From Deltaproteobacteria bacterium (GTDB lineage: Bacteria; Desulfobacterota; Desulfomonilia; UBA1062), in the NCBI GenBank assembly GCA_029574005.1, contig JAKQBR010000308.1, positions 1-60,334 of the forward strand: a DNA stretch of 60,334 nt. The letters run 5' to 3'. The position numbers and the translations under genes are program-made. This document shows, one piece after another, positions 44,516 through 54,205 of the stretch. Every line of letters begins with the position of its first letter. Positions within the stretch are counted from its first letter, which is position 1. The notes beneath the pieces are model-generated. The model ran no database searches. It had not been told where the DNA came from and was given only the letters and a program-made list of their open reading frames with translations.

Positions 44516-44956
44516 CTATGAGCTCGCGACGATGATTCCGCCGATGACGACAAAGCCTGCCCCGAGCATCAGCTTCAGGGCCTGCACGTCCTTCCATTCA
44601 GCAAGGAAAACCAGCCCGATGAGCACGGTGATCAGGGTATTCATATTGTACAGGGGCGCCAGCTTGGCAACCGGCACCCCGTAGCGCGTCAATGCCAGGG
44701 CGACCATCCCGGCCGCGACGGCCCAGGTCATCCCCACCAGCGCGGCAAAAGCCCCCGAACGCAGCGATATGTTCCTGTCCGGGACCAGGAGATAGTAGCA
44801 CACTCCAACCAGGGTAACCGATATCCCGATGCATACGAGATACAATCCGGTCCCGATGCCGGCCTGATTGCTCGATTTGGTAAACGCCCCCGATATGCCG
44901 AAAAATACCGCCGGGATAATCCCCCCCAGAAGCATTGCCCAATATGATGGTGTCAT
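44516..44956 (-). CDS. Small EamA/DMT-like 4-5 TM membrane protein (146 aa)
   Basis: RBS GAGGAAAAAAGG before MTPSYWAMLLGGIIPAVFFG. Hydrophobic throughout. The track ORF is over-extended to 45217. Confidence 0.6.
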   Translation of the reverse strand: MTPSYWAMLLGGIIPAVFFGISGAFTKSSNQAGIGTGLYLVCIGISVTLVGVCYYLLVPDRNISLRSGAFAALVGMTWAVAAGMVALALTRYGVPVAKLAPLYNMNTLITVLIGLVFLAEWKDVQALKLMLGAGFVVIGGIIVASS

Positions 44957-45293
44957 CCTTTTTTCCTCAGCAACAAGTTTTTCCGGTCGGGACGACGGAC
45001 CAGGCGGTCGGCCCTGCGCCCTTCCCTTCACAGGTGATATGGCACAGAACAGGGCCCATGGCACGCACTTTGCGGAAGACTTCAACTCCAGGCTCAGGAC
45101 CCGCACCCCTTCTTGCCCGAACAGGGCATCTGCCCCGCAGCCGGGGCGCCAAAGAGGCCCAAAACGCGAGAGGCCATTGACATGCGCACCGCTTCTGTGG
45201 TGTTCTTTGGTGAACACTGGTTGGATAGCGCCATACCATCACCCCATATTCTGCATTGTCTATGACATGGTAAGGGAGGAGGCACCTCAGCCC

Positions 45294-46685
45294 ATGAATC
45301 TGAAGGACAAACGCGTGGTGGTCATCGGGACCGGCATCGGCGGATCCGGCATCGCCGCCCTGCTTGCCAAGGAGGGGGCCGACGTGCTGGTCCTGGAGCG
45401 CAACCCCTACCCCGGAGGCAAGGCGGCCACCTTCGAGCGCGAGGGCTTTCGCTACGACACCGGGGTGCATTGGTTGGCGCGGGGCGAGCAGGGCCCCTTG
45501 GGCGTCATCAGGCGCGCGGTAGGAGGCGGCTTGCGCTTCAAGGCGCTGGAGCCGGCCATGTGCGTAGGCGTAGGTGGCCGCAAGACCCTGCTCAAGCAGG
45601 ACATGGTCAGTCGGGCTGAACTGGGGAGGGTCTTCGATGAGCTGGGGGTGCACAGCGAAAACCGCGCCGGGGCGTTCGCCTTCTTCGAAGACGTCATGAG
45701 GCCGCGCACCGAGCAGCAGCTCGCAGAACTGGACGACCTTCCCCTCTCCGACTACCTGGCCCGCTTCACCGGCGATCCTCAGTTCTTTCTGTTTGTCGCG
45801 GGGTTTATCGGCATGTACCTGGTTGTGTCCCCCAAGCACGCCTCCACGGCGGAGTTTCTTATCTGCTTCGCCGGTGAGGCCCGCGCGCGCAACCTCTGTT
45901 ATCCGATCGGCGGCATGGACGCCATAGCCAAGGACTATCTCGATGCCCTGAAGAGGATGGGCGGCGAGGTCCGTTTCGATACGAAGGCGGCGCGGGTTGT
46001 GGTGGAGGGGGGCAAGGCCGCCGGGGTTGAGACCGCTGCCGGCGAGATCATCCCCGCCGACCTCGTCATCAGCAACAGCGGCCTCAAGGAGAGCATCGAG
46101 CTGGCGGGCCGCCGCCACTTTCCCGCCGGCTATCTCGAAACGGCCGACAAGCTGCGCCTCTCCCTGGGCGCGGTGAGCGTCAAGTATGCCCTGGACGCCG
46201 AGGTGGTATCGCCTCACCTCACCTACTACTTCCCTACGCCGGACCTGCTCGATACCCAGACCGGCATTTTCTGCCCGGTGCCATCGGCCGCGGACCCCGC
46301 CCTGGCCCCTCCGGGCTGCCAGATGGTGCTGGCTGGCGCACCGGCGCCCGCCGGACTGGATGATCCCGACAAGGCCGATCGAATCTCGCAGGCCATCCTC
46401 GACAAGATCGAGAACACGATGCGCCACCTCTTCCCGGACATCGAACGGCACGTGGTATGGAAGCTGCGCACCAATACGCGCTACACCGCCGGTATCTCCG
46501 GCCGCTTCAGCGGCGAGGTGATCGGCGCGGCCCAGAGCTGCTTCCAGGTGGGCAGGAACCGTCCCGCCAACCGCACACCCATCGAAAACTATTACCTGGT
46601 CGGTTCGGACGCGGGCGGGCGCGGCGTAGGGACGGAGATGGCCGCGCAAAGCGCCCTCAATCTCTGGCGCCAGCTCAAGGGGTGA
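45294..46685 (+). CDS. FAD-dependent oxidoreductase, phytoene-desaturase superfamily (463 aa)
   Basis: RBS GGGAGGAGG before MNLKDKRVVVIGTGIGGSGIAALLAKEGADVLVLERNPYPGGKAATFEREGFRYDTGVHW. C-terminal YLVGSDAGGRGVG. The track ORF is over-extended to 44868. Confidence 0.8.
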   Translation: MNLKDKRVVVIGTGIGGSGIAALLAKEGADVLVLERNPYPGGKAATFEREGFRYDTGVHWLARGEQGPLGVIRRAVGGGLRFKALEPAMCVGVGGRKTLLKQDMVSRAELGRVFDELGVHSENRAGAFAFFEDVMRPRTEQQLAELDDLPLSDYLARFTGDPQFFLFVAGFIGMYLVVSPKHASTAEFLICFAGEARARNLCYPIGGMDAIAKDYLDALKRMGGEVRFDTKAARVVVEGGKAAGVETAAGEIIPADLVISNSGLKESIELAGRRHFPAGYLETADKLRLSLGAVSVKYALDAEVVSPHLTYYFPTPDLLDTQTGIFCPVPSAADPALAPPGCQMVLAGAPAPAGLDDPDKADRISQAILDKIENTMRHLFPDIERHVVWKLRTNTRYTAGISGRFSGEVIGAAQSCFQVGRNRPANRTPIENYYLVGSDAGGRGVGTEMAAQSALNLWRQLKG

Positions 46686-46832
46686 GTCCGCTGAGGTCAT
46701 ACCCCGCAGCCGGGATGCAAAACGGCAACAAAAGGGGGCGTATCCGATCTCATCGGTCGATAATCGCGAAGATTACCGTACGTTATAGGCGCGATTGAAT
46801 AGAACCTGTGTTTCTTCTTGACCGTGGTGGGA

Positions 46833-46848
46833 TGGCATGATACCCGCA
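46833..46848 (+). promoter_or_regulatory. Sigma-54-type -24/-12 candidate (TGGCATgatacCCGCA)
   Basis: GG/GC spacing is canonical. It lies ~57 nt upstream of the TTG start at 46905. The match is imperfect. Confidence 0.25.
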
Positions 46849-46904
46849 AGTTAGCGCTTACACACCATCTGTCCGGCCATGCGGCTGGTCGAGGAGGTAT
46901 TTGC

Positions 46905-48245
46905 TTGAACGTTGTCGTTATCGGAGCCGGCGCGGCCGGCTTGGCGGCTACATATGCCCTGCGCAAGGCCGGGGTGGATGTCACCACCTTTGAATCCCGG
47001 AATGAGGCCGGCGGTCGGGCCTACTGCTACGAAAAGAACGGGTTTATCTTCGATACCGGGGCGCAGTTCATGGCCAAGGTGTGCACGACCCAGCTCAGGC
47101 TCTGCCGGGAGATGGGGATGGAGGATCAGGTCTTCTCCTTCGGCCTGAAGACCTCCCATTGGCGCGACGGCAAGATCTATACCATGCCCACGGCCGGGGA
47201 TCTGCGCAAGTTCCTGAAGGAACTGCCCGAGTTGTTTCAGTTCCGGGGCATGCCGCTGCGCGTGTATCCGCAGATGGCGCGTCTGGGATTCCAGATGTTC
47301 AAACGCTATATGAACGTCGATGTCTCTACCATGAACCCGGAATGCCTCCTTGACCTGGGCGATATGAGCGTGGCCGACTTCACCTTGCAGTATGGGGGCA
47401 AGGAGGCCCTGGACTGGGTCATGGCGCCCATGGTGGGAGGGCTCACGCTGGGCGAGCCCGAGGAGGTCTCCATCCCCCACATCATCGGCCTGATGGGACT
47501 CTACGAGGGTCTTCTGCTGCTGCGCCGGGGCATCGGTTCGCTGCCGGCCGCCCTCTACGAGCACTGCAAGGCTTCCATCAAGCTCAAGACCCCGGTCAAG
47601 AAGGTGGTCATCGAAAACGGTGCCGTGCGCGGGGTGGAGACCGCGGAAGGCTTTGTCGCGGCCGACCATGTCATCTGCGCCACCACCGCATCCAAGGCAC
47701 TGGGTCTCATGCCCGACCTGCCGGACGGCATCCGCAAGCCCCTGGAGACCGTGAAGTACAGCACCACGGTGCATGTCATGCTGGCGCTCAAGAAGCGCAT
47801 GCTGCCCAAAGGGGTCTATATCATGACCATGCCGCGCTCGGCCGGGAGCTTCATGCCGGCCCTGAACGATTGCAGCGAGAAGTCGCCATGTGTCGCCCCC
47901 CCGGGGACCGGCCTGTCGCACTGCTGCACCTATGGTCGGCGCGCCCGGGAGATGCAGACGCTCCCGGACGGCAAGATCGTGGACATGACCATCGAGGAGC
48001 TCGGGCGATTCGTGCCCATCCGCAGCGAGGACGTCCTCATGACCGAGGTGGTGCGCTGGGACGAGGCCATCTGTCTGGAGGCCCCCGGAGAGTTCCCGGC
48101 CATGTACTGCCTGAAGCGCAACCACCTGCGCGATGTCAAGGGGCTGCACCTGGCCGGCGAGTACATGTATCTGATATCCTGCGTGGAGGGCGCTTTGCGC
48201 AGCGGCGAGGACGCGGCCGCGGCCGTTCTTGCCTCTCGGCAATGA
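46905..48245 (+). CDS. FAD-dependent amine-oxidase/protoporphyrinogen-oxidase-like oxidoreductase (446 aa, TTG start)
   Basis: RBS GAGGAGG lies 7 nt before the TTG, giving (M)NVVVIGAGAAGLAATYALRKAGVDVTTFESRNEAGGRA. C-terminal LHLAGEY. Tandem paralogue of the next gene. Confidence 0.75.
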   Translation: MNVVVIGAGAAGLAATYALRKAGVDVTTFESRNEAGGRAYCYEKNGFIFDTGAQFMAKVCTTQLRLCREMGMEDQVFSFGLKTSHWRDGKIYTMPTAGDLRKFLKELPELFQFRGMPLRVYPQMARLGFQMFKRYMNVDVSTMNPECLLDLGDMSVADFTLQYGGKEALDWVMAPMVGGLTLGEPEEVSIPHIIGLMGLYEGLLLLRRGIGSLPAALYEHCKASIKLKTPVKKVVIENGAVRGVETAEGFVAADHVICATTASKALGLMPDLPDGIRKPLETVKYSTTVHVMLALKKRMLPKGVYIMTMPRSAGSFMPALNDCSEKSPCVAPPGTGLSHCCTYGRRAREMQTLPDGKIVDMTIEELGRFVPIRSEDVLMTEVVRWDEAICLEAPGEFPAMYCLKRNHLRDVKGLHLAGEYMYLISCVEGALRSGEDAAAAVLASRQ

Positions 48246-48315
48246 ACGGGCTGCGAGGAGCAAGAATGCTAACCTTGAAAGCGCAGGCGCAAAATCACTT
48301 GAGAAGAGAGGGCAC

Positions 48316-49656
48316 ATGAAGATCATCGTCGTAGGGGCCGGGCCCGCGGGCTTGGCCGCAACCTATCAACTGAAAAAGCAGGGAATGGACGTCACCACCT
48401 ATGAAGGCTCGCCCTATGCCGGCGGCCGGGCCCGCGGCTACTTCAAGAATGGCTACCTGATCGATGTGGGCGCGCAGTTCGCGGGGCCGTTCTACACCAC
48501 CACCGTGGCGCTGATGCGCGAGCTGGGCGAGGCCGAGGAGTTGCACCCCTTCAAGTTCAAGACCGGGGTCTGGCGTAACGGCAAGCTCTATCCCATGACC
48601 ACCAGCATGTCGCCCAAGGATCAGCTCGCGAATCTGCCCGATCTGCTGCGGTTCAGAGGCGCAAGCCTCAAGACCTCGGTCCAGTCGCTCAAGATGTTCC
48701 CGGGACTGGCCAAGCTTTACCGCAAGGTCGATTATGCCAACTGGGATTTCAGCCGCCTGCTCGACATGGACCACCTGAGCGTGGCCGACTATACCCTGCA
48801 GCATGGCGGCAAGGATGCCCTCGAATATCTCTTCCAGCCCCTGACGGCCTACCTCACCCTGGGCGAACCCGAAGAGGTGTCCATGTCGCATTTCCTGGCC
48901 ATCTGCGGCTTCTTCGTGCAGGGTATCTGGTCGTTCGAACGCGGTATCGGGCAGGTGTGCCGGAGCTTGCACGCGGCCTGTGAGGACAAGGTCAAGCTCT
49001 CAACCCCGGTCAAACGCATCGTGATCGAAGAGGGCGCGGTCAAAGGGGTCGAGATCGACGGCGGCCTAATCGAGGCCGACGCCGTTATCTGCGCGGTCTC
49101 TTCCGTGGACGCCCTGAAGATGATGCCCAACCTGCCCGAATGCATGCGTCAGTGCCTGCACACGGTCAAGTACAGCAGCACGAGCCACATCACCTTCGGC
49201 CTGGAGAAGCGGCTCCTGCCCGACGGCTGGTATTCGCTGGTGATCCCGCGCAGCGCCGGGTTCGTCACCACCGGACCGGTCGACTCGTCGGCCAAATCAC
49301 CCTATTACACCCCGGGCGGCAAGGGCGGCCTGGTGCACTGCCTGACCTACGGCAAGAAGGCGCAGGCCTACATGCGGACCCCGGACGCCGAGCTGAAGCG
49401 GATCATGATCGAGGATATCCGCCGCGTCATGCCGCAGATGCCGGACAAACCGCCCCTGGCCGAGGTCCATCGCTGGAACGAGGCCGTCTGCCTCCAGTCG
49501 CCCGGGCAGTACCCCGCTGTTCTCAAGCTCAAGAACGAGTATGCCCGCGAGGTGCGCGGACTCTTCCTGGCCGGCGATTACATGTCGCTGTTCTCTTCGG
49601 TGGAGGCAGCCCTGCGCAGCGGTCTGTACGCGGCAGGCATGGCCGTGACTCAGTAA
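48316..49656 (+). CDS. FAD-dependent amine-oxidase/protoporphyrinogen-oxidase-like oxidoreductase (446 aa)
   Basis: MKIIVVGAGPAGLAATYQLKKQGMDVTTYEGSPYAGGRA and C-terminal LFLAGDY. Same length as, and colinear with, 46905-48245. Confidence 0.8.
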   Translation: MKIIVVGAGPAGLAATYQLKKQGMDVTTYEGSPYAGGRARGYFKNGYLIDVGAQFAGPFYTTTVALMRELGEAEELHPFKFKTGVWRNGKLYPMTTSMSPKDQLANLPDLLRFRGASLKTSVQSLKMFPGLAKLYRKVDYANWDFSRLLDMDHLSVADYTLQHGGKDALEYLFQPLTAYLTLGEPEEVSMSHFLAICGFFVQGIWSFERGIGQVCRSLHAACEDKVKLSTPVKRIVIEEGAVKGVEIDGGLIEADAVICAVSSVDALKMMPNLPECMRQCLHTVKYSSTSHITFGLEKRLLPDGWYSLVIPRSAGFVTTGPVDSSAKSPYYTPGGKGGLVHCLTYGKKAQAYMRTPDAELKRIMIEDIRRVMPQMPDKPPLAEVHRWNEAVCLQSPGQYPAVLKLKNEYAREVRGLFLAGDYMSLFSSVEAALRSGLYAAGMAVTQ

Positions 49657-50041
49657 AGCGTAAGCGTTTATTGGTATCATGCCATCCAACGGATACCATG
49701 CGGCCGTGCTGATCGTGGTCTTGGCTTTTCTCGTCCGGTCGTGAATCGCAGTACACGATACCCGCTTGATTGGGGATGCCTGCCTTGGAACGCAGGGGTA
49801 TATCCGGGATAGGCTGACCGATCTGTTCCTGGTTTATGCTGTGGCGCTCATCCTGCTCACGAAGCTGCGTCATCATTTGGATACCTGGTCAAAGCGCTGC
49901 GGCGTCGCGGGGAAGAATACAACCGCTCTCCATGAGACTGGCGACGGCGGATTCATATTCGCGGATAGCAGCGATGCCTTGGGCGGTTGTCTGAGAAATG
50001 TTTTTTATGATATCGTTTTATGAAGCGAGGTCTTTCAAGAC

Positions 50042-51031
50042 ATGAAGAAACTAGTCACGGGCGCGACCGGATTCATCGGTTCGGCAATCACGCGGGAGCT
50101 CATCAGGGAAGGGAAAGAGGTCAAGGTCTTCATACGCGAAACCAGCAATACCCGCAACATCGACAACCTCGCTGTCGAGAAGGCGTATGGGGATATCCGC
50201 GATGGCGATTCCATGAAACGGGCGCTGAAAGGGTGCGACACGCTCTATCTGACGGCCGCCAACTTTGCGCACTGGGCGCCTGACCCAAAAGTGCTCTACG
50301 AGGTCAATGTCGGCGGCACCAAGGCATCCCTCAAGGCGGCCCTCGACGCCGGGGTCGAGAAGGTCGTCTATACCAGCACCAACAACGCCATAGCGGCCAG
50401 CGGCCCCGTTCCTGCCGATGAAGAGAAGGCCTTCAATTACTGGGAAGCCCGGGACCACTATTCCATGTCCAAATATATCGCCGAGAATGAGGCCAGGATC
50501 TTTGCCATGCGGGGGCTGCCGCTTGTCATGGTCAATCCCACATTGGTCATCGGCGTGAACGACATAAAACCCACGCCGTCGGGGCAAATGATGATCGATG
50601 TCGTTAATCAGAAGATGCCCGGCTACATCGATGGAGGGATAAACATCATCGATGTCGAGGACGTTGCCCGCGGCCATATCCTGGCCGCGAAGAAGGGCCG
50701 CGTGGGCGAACGGTATCTGCTCGGCAACCGCAACATCACGGTGCATGATTACCTGAAGCTGATCGCGGATATCGCGGGGGTCAAGGCACCGGCTATCAAA
50801 TTACCATACCATCTTGCCCTGGCCGTAGGATACTTCTTCGAGTTGGGCGCATTGATCACCAGGAAACCCCCGGTGGTCACCGCGAGCGAAGTGCGGATCG
50901 GCAGGATGACGGAGTGGTATGACTGCTCCAAGGCGATCAACGAACTCGGCCTGCCTCAGACGCCGATTGAGATGACCATCCAAAAGGCCTTGAACTGGTT
51001 CAAGGAGAATGGATACCTTCGCAAATCGTAA
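50042..51031 (+). CDS. NAD-dependent epimerase/dehydratase-family SDR (HpnA / dihydroflavonol-reductase-like, 329 aa)
   Basis: Motifs TGATGFIGSAITRELI, the YSMSK catalytic motif, and the extended-SDR layout. Confidence 0.85.
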   Translation: MKKLVTGATGFIGSAITRELIREGKEVKVFIRETSNTRNIDNLAVEKAYGDIRDGDSMKRALKGCDTLYLTAANFAHWAPDPKVLYEVNVGGTKASLKAALDAGVEKVVYTSTNNAIAASGPVPADEEKAFNYWEARDHYSMSKYIAENEARIFAMRGLPLVMVNPTLVIGVNDIKPTPSGQMMIDVVNQKMPGYIDGGINIIDVEDVARGHILAAKKGRVGERYLLGNRNITVHDYLKLIADIAGVKAPAIKLPYHLALAVGYFFELGALITRKPPVVTASEVRIGRMTEWYDCSKAINELGLPQTPIEMTIQKALNWFKENGYLRKS

Positions 51032-51452
51032 AGATAACGCGTCGATTCATCCAAGGGCCCAGGCGACATCGATCGCCACGGACCGTCATCCACGCTGAGT
51101 AAAGGCTGAAAGAGCTCAGAATGGTCTCTGAAGACATGTTCCCGTTGCCCCGACATCGCGCGTGGTTCTCCGGATCATGTCGACGGCCTCATCATCAACC
51201 CGGTGAAAGCGGAACCGACGAGGTTGAGCACCGCCGCCGATGTCTTCAGGCCGCCTGCCCCGTCAGCGCCGGACAGACATCCCTCCCTTGTCATGGCCAT
51301 CGCTTTTTGACGCTCATGATGGTAGTATTCGACGACATGCCATAATAAAAACCAACCACGATTCCAGGCAGAAGAATAACATCCGAGCGATTCGAGGTCG
51401 GAGACAAGCAACGGGTTCAGTCACCAATAAACACATGACAGGAGGCCTGACG

Positions 51453-52325
51453 ATGAGGATGGAAAAGAGAAGCATGGCGCTCTTCACGGTCCTGGTTCAC
51501 CTGGCGCTGAGCGGTTGTGCGTTGCAACCCGGGTTGTACGGTCTGGACGCCGAGCTCACGGAGCAGGAAAAGAGCGAACCGGAGGCGAAATACTACACCC
51601 CGGTCTTCGCGCCCCTGCCCCCGGAGGTCGAGGAGGCGCTCGCCGAAGGACCGGTGGACCCCGGCCGGGCCCTGAGGCTCGCGGACATCAAGGACCTGAT
51701 CAAGCCGGGTTACCTCGCGGTCGAGAACGGCTATTGCGTCAACCCGGACAGGACCGGATTCGTGGCGGTCAAGACCGACATGCCCGGCGTCACCGCGGAC
51801 ATGATCCAGTGGTGGTTCTGGTGGCACGCCGAGAAGGACATCCGCTACAAGATCTGGTGCCCCGGCGACCATTACGCCATCAGCGTCAAGAACAGGGACC
51901 AGGCGGACGACACGGCCCTGAGCTACGAGCAGCGCCGCGTGAACAACACCCACTACCCCTACGAGGACACCGGGACCGGGGTCTTCCAGCTCTCCATCCG
52001 CTTTGTACCCCCGGAGACACTCTTCGGCTGCGACCCGACCAAAGACAGCGCGACCAACGGGATCGAGGCCGTCGTATGCGCCGTCGTAGGCTACAAGGTG
52101 GGGATGGTCACGGTCGAGCATACCTACATGACCCATGTCTTCCGCCGCACCCCCGGCGGCCTGGAGCTGAGGAGCCGTTTCTGGCCGGGATCGGCGCTCA
52201 AGAGCGAGGGTTTGCGCAAGATGACGATCGACCGTGACGTCGTCAAGGGGTTGGCCTACCACTGCGCGCGCGAGTTCAGCCATCTGGCCGGGTTCCTGCC
52301 GGAGATCTACCAGGAAATGAGATAG
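51453..52325 (+). CDS. PhlG/phloretin-hydrolase-like (DAPG-hydrolase family) C-C hydrolase, lipoprotein form (290 aa)
   Basis: RBS GGAGG and lipobox LALSGC. From memory, these blocks resemble Pseudomonas PhlG: PGYLAVENGY, MPGVTADMIQWWFWWH, RYKIWCPGDH, RSRFWPG and HCAREFSHLAGFLPEIY. Confidence 0.55.
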   Translation: MRMEKRSMALFTVLVHLALSGCALQPGLYGLDAELTEQEKSEPEAKYYTPVFAPLPPEVEEALAEGPVDPGRALRLADIKDLIKPGYLAVENGYCVNPDRTGFVAVKTDMPGVTADMIQWWFWWHAEKDIRYKIWCPGDHYAISVKNRDQADDTALSYEQRRVNNTHYPYEDTGTGVFQLSIRFVPPETLFGCDPTKDSATNGIEAVVCAVVGYKVGMVTVEHTYMTHVFRRTPGGLELRSRFWPGSALKSEGLRKMTIDRDVVKGLAYHCAREFSHLAGFLPEIYQEMR

Positions 52326-52483
52326 GCCGGCGTATGCGCCTCCATCGGCCTGCTCGGTTCCTGGCCGGGATAGGGCAACGGGCGCGGAGCGTGCGCGGGG
52401 TCCGACCTTCCCGAGGGCAGCAGGCATCGGGAAGGCTTGATACGACTCCCTGCCCAAGCACCCCGCCACGAAGGCAACCGGGC

Positions 52484-53926
52484 TTAACGGGCAGGTGCCA
52501 TGGTCGGGTCTGCCGCCGGCGTTTCCGGCATGACGGCCGAGGGGATGAGCGGTCCGCCGGCGCGTCCGCTCAGCTTGTCGAGCCAGTCGCCGATATAGGG
52601 AAAGGTAATGTAGGGCGCGTTGAGCCCGCAGATAATGTCCACATGGGCCGTATTGGGGATGAAATAGTACCTGTCGCGCGGGTCCCTGGTCTTGGCCTGC
52701 ATGAGGAGCTTGATGGTATCGTCGGCGGCTGACAGGGCACCCGCATAGGACAGGATGCCGAGCGTCGGAACGCTGATCAGGTTCATGTGCTCGTCATAGT
52801 AGTAATAACCGTCCGCGCCCGGGTTCGGCTCCGGCCCCTTCACCACATCCTTGTTTTCGGCGCCGTTCTTCCAGAATTCACGCATGCGGCTGTTCAGTCC
52901 TATGTCGCCCCATTGGCCCAGACCGCGGACAAAGACGCTGCCGCATCCATACTTGGCGAAGTAATCGGTGACGAACGGATTGCAATTGTTCATGTTCCAG
53001 AGATTCAGGTAAGGGGTCCAGTAGCCGCGCGTATCGGGCCGGAGGTCGTCGGCGTTGATGTCATTGAAAAACCAATCGACGAGGCCAGCCACCATCATGG
53101 AGTTCCTGGTAAGGGGAACCACCCTGCGGGTCAGGAGCTGCTCGATATCCCAGTATTCGGCCCGGCCGAATTTCTTCCACATGAACCTCGTGTCGATCTT
53201 GCCCGGGACCCAGGGGGTCGTGCCGGGCACGAGAGCGATGTAGCCCTTGACGAGCTTGTTGCGCTCGGCCGCCAGCGCGGGGTTTGATCTGACATGCGGG
53301 ATATATCCGGACTTATACCCCTCTTCCAGTTCAGCCTGGTCGAAATAGGCGCCCTGAAGATAGGCCTGGCAGGCGAAGCCGCCGGTCGAATGCCCGGCGA
53401 TGAAGGGGGTGATACCCGTTGCGGCGATGACCTTCTTCACGCACGGGTCCACGTCCAAGACGCCCCAGGCGTCATTGGCGTGCAGGGTGCTGCCCCGCTC
53501 GCTCTTGAGCTCACCACGGCCCATGCCGCGGAAGTTGGCCAGCCAGACATCATAGCCCTTGAGCCACAGGTAATGCGCCAGGCTGTAGTAGCGCAGCGGG
53601 TCAGCCTTGATGAAGGGGTCATTCAGCGCCCATGCCGCCAAAGGGGAAGGCAGCACGATCTTGGCATAGTGCTTTTTGTTCTCTTCCGGTGTGTGCTCCA
53701 GATAGACGTTCATGTTGCACAGGATCCCGTGGAAGAGCAGCACGGTCTGGGCCCCCTCACGAAAAGGCGCTTCGGGGGAGGGACGGTAGCGCAGCATCTT
53801 GAGCGTTATACCGTCGTCGGTGGTGACCGCATGGACATCCTCGGACGCCGCCAGGGGCAGTGCTGCGCCCAGCAGGGCAAAAACCATGCACCAGATGAGC
53901 AGACATGACCGTGTTCTGAGACGCAT
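52484..53926 (-). CDS. Secreted lipase-like alpha/beta hydrolase, paralogue 2 (480 aa)
   Basis: RBS GGAGG before MRLRTRSCLLIWCMVFALLGAALPLAAS. Motif AGHSTGG. Highly similar along its whole length to 39953-41380. The track ORF is over-extended to 54091. Confidence 0.8.
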   Translation of the reverse strand: MRLRTRSCLLIWCMVFALLGAALPLAASEDVHAVTTDDGITLKMLRYRPSPEAPFREGAQTVLLFHGILCNMNVYLEHTPEENKKHYAKIVLPSPLAAWALNDPFIKADPLRYYSLAHYLWLKGYDVWLANFRGMGRGELKSERGSTLHANDAWGVLDVDPCVKKVIAATGITPFIAGHSTGGFACQAYLQGAYFDQAELEEGYKSGYIPHVRSNPALAAERNKLVKGYIALVPGTTPWVPGKIDTRFMWKKFGRAEYWDIEQLLTRRVVPLTRNSMMVAGLVDWFFNDINADDLRPDTRGYWTPYLNLWNMNNCNPFVTDYFAKYGCGSVFVRGLGQWGDIGLNSRMREFWKNGAENKDVVKGPEPNPGADGYYYYDEHMNLISVPTLGILSYAGALSAADDTIKLLMQAKTRDPRDRYYFIPNTAHVDIICGLNAPYITFPYIGDWLDKLSGRAGGPLIPSAVMPETPAADPTMAPAR

Positions 53927-54117
53927 CCCATACCTCCAGGAAAGAGAATGACGAACGTGAAACCCGGGAAAAGGCGCCGCCCCGCCTGCGTGGCCGGCGG
54001 ATGAGCTTGGTCTCCAATCCCCGTGGGGCTGCCTCCAGCCGGTTCGTCTCAATGCTGCGGTTAGAAAACCACACCTGCTGAACCTATGCAATCTGAAAGC
54101 GACGGGTCCAATTTGTC

Positions 54118-54146
54118 TTGACCCCGCCAGGCCTTTGTCCTACTAT
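54118..54146 (+). promoter_or_regulatory. Sigma-70-type promoter candidate TTGACC-17-TACTAT
   Basis: Read directly from the sequence. It lies 60 nt upstream of the sensor-kinase ATG at 54206. Confidence 0.4.
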
Positions 54147-54205
54147 GCGCAAAAAGGATGGAAGCGGCCCTTGGCCCAGGCTCACCGGCACCACGATAAG
54201 GGATT

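Noticed and set aside
44868-45293. N-terminal extensions of track ORFs. Examples: 44868, 54091, 38556, 39952, 45217, 51240, 46818, 48229, 11281, 6081, 19183, 42877, 29629.
   Set aside because: In each case an internal start has a good Shine-Dalgarno sequence and begins a signal peptide, lipobox or Rossmann motif. The upstream parts overlap neighbouring genes or lack coding character.
49679-49744. A 21-codon hydrophobic ORF (MPSNGYHAAVLIVVLAFLVRS), and a start-less frame on the minus strand at ~49890-50010 ending ..AIREYESAVASLMESGCILPRDAAAL.
   Set aside because: Neither has an RBS or a usable start codon, and neither has a paralogue in the window (unlike the two microproteins at 6157 and 9535). 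They are too weak to call.
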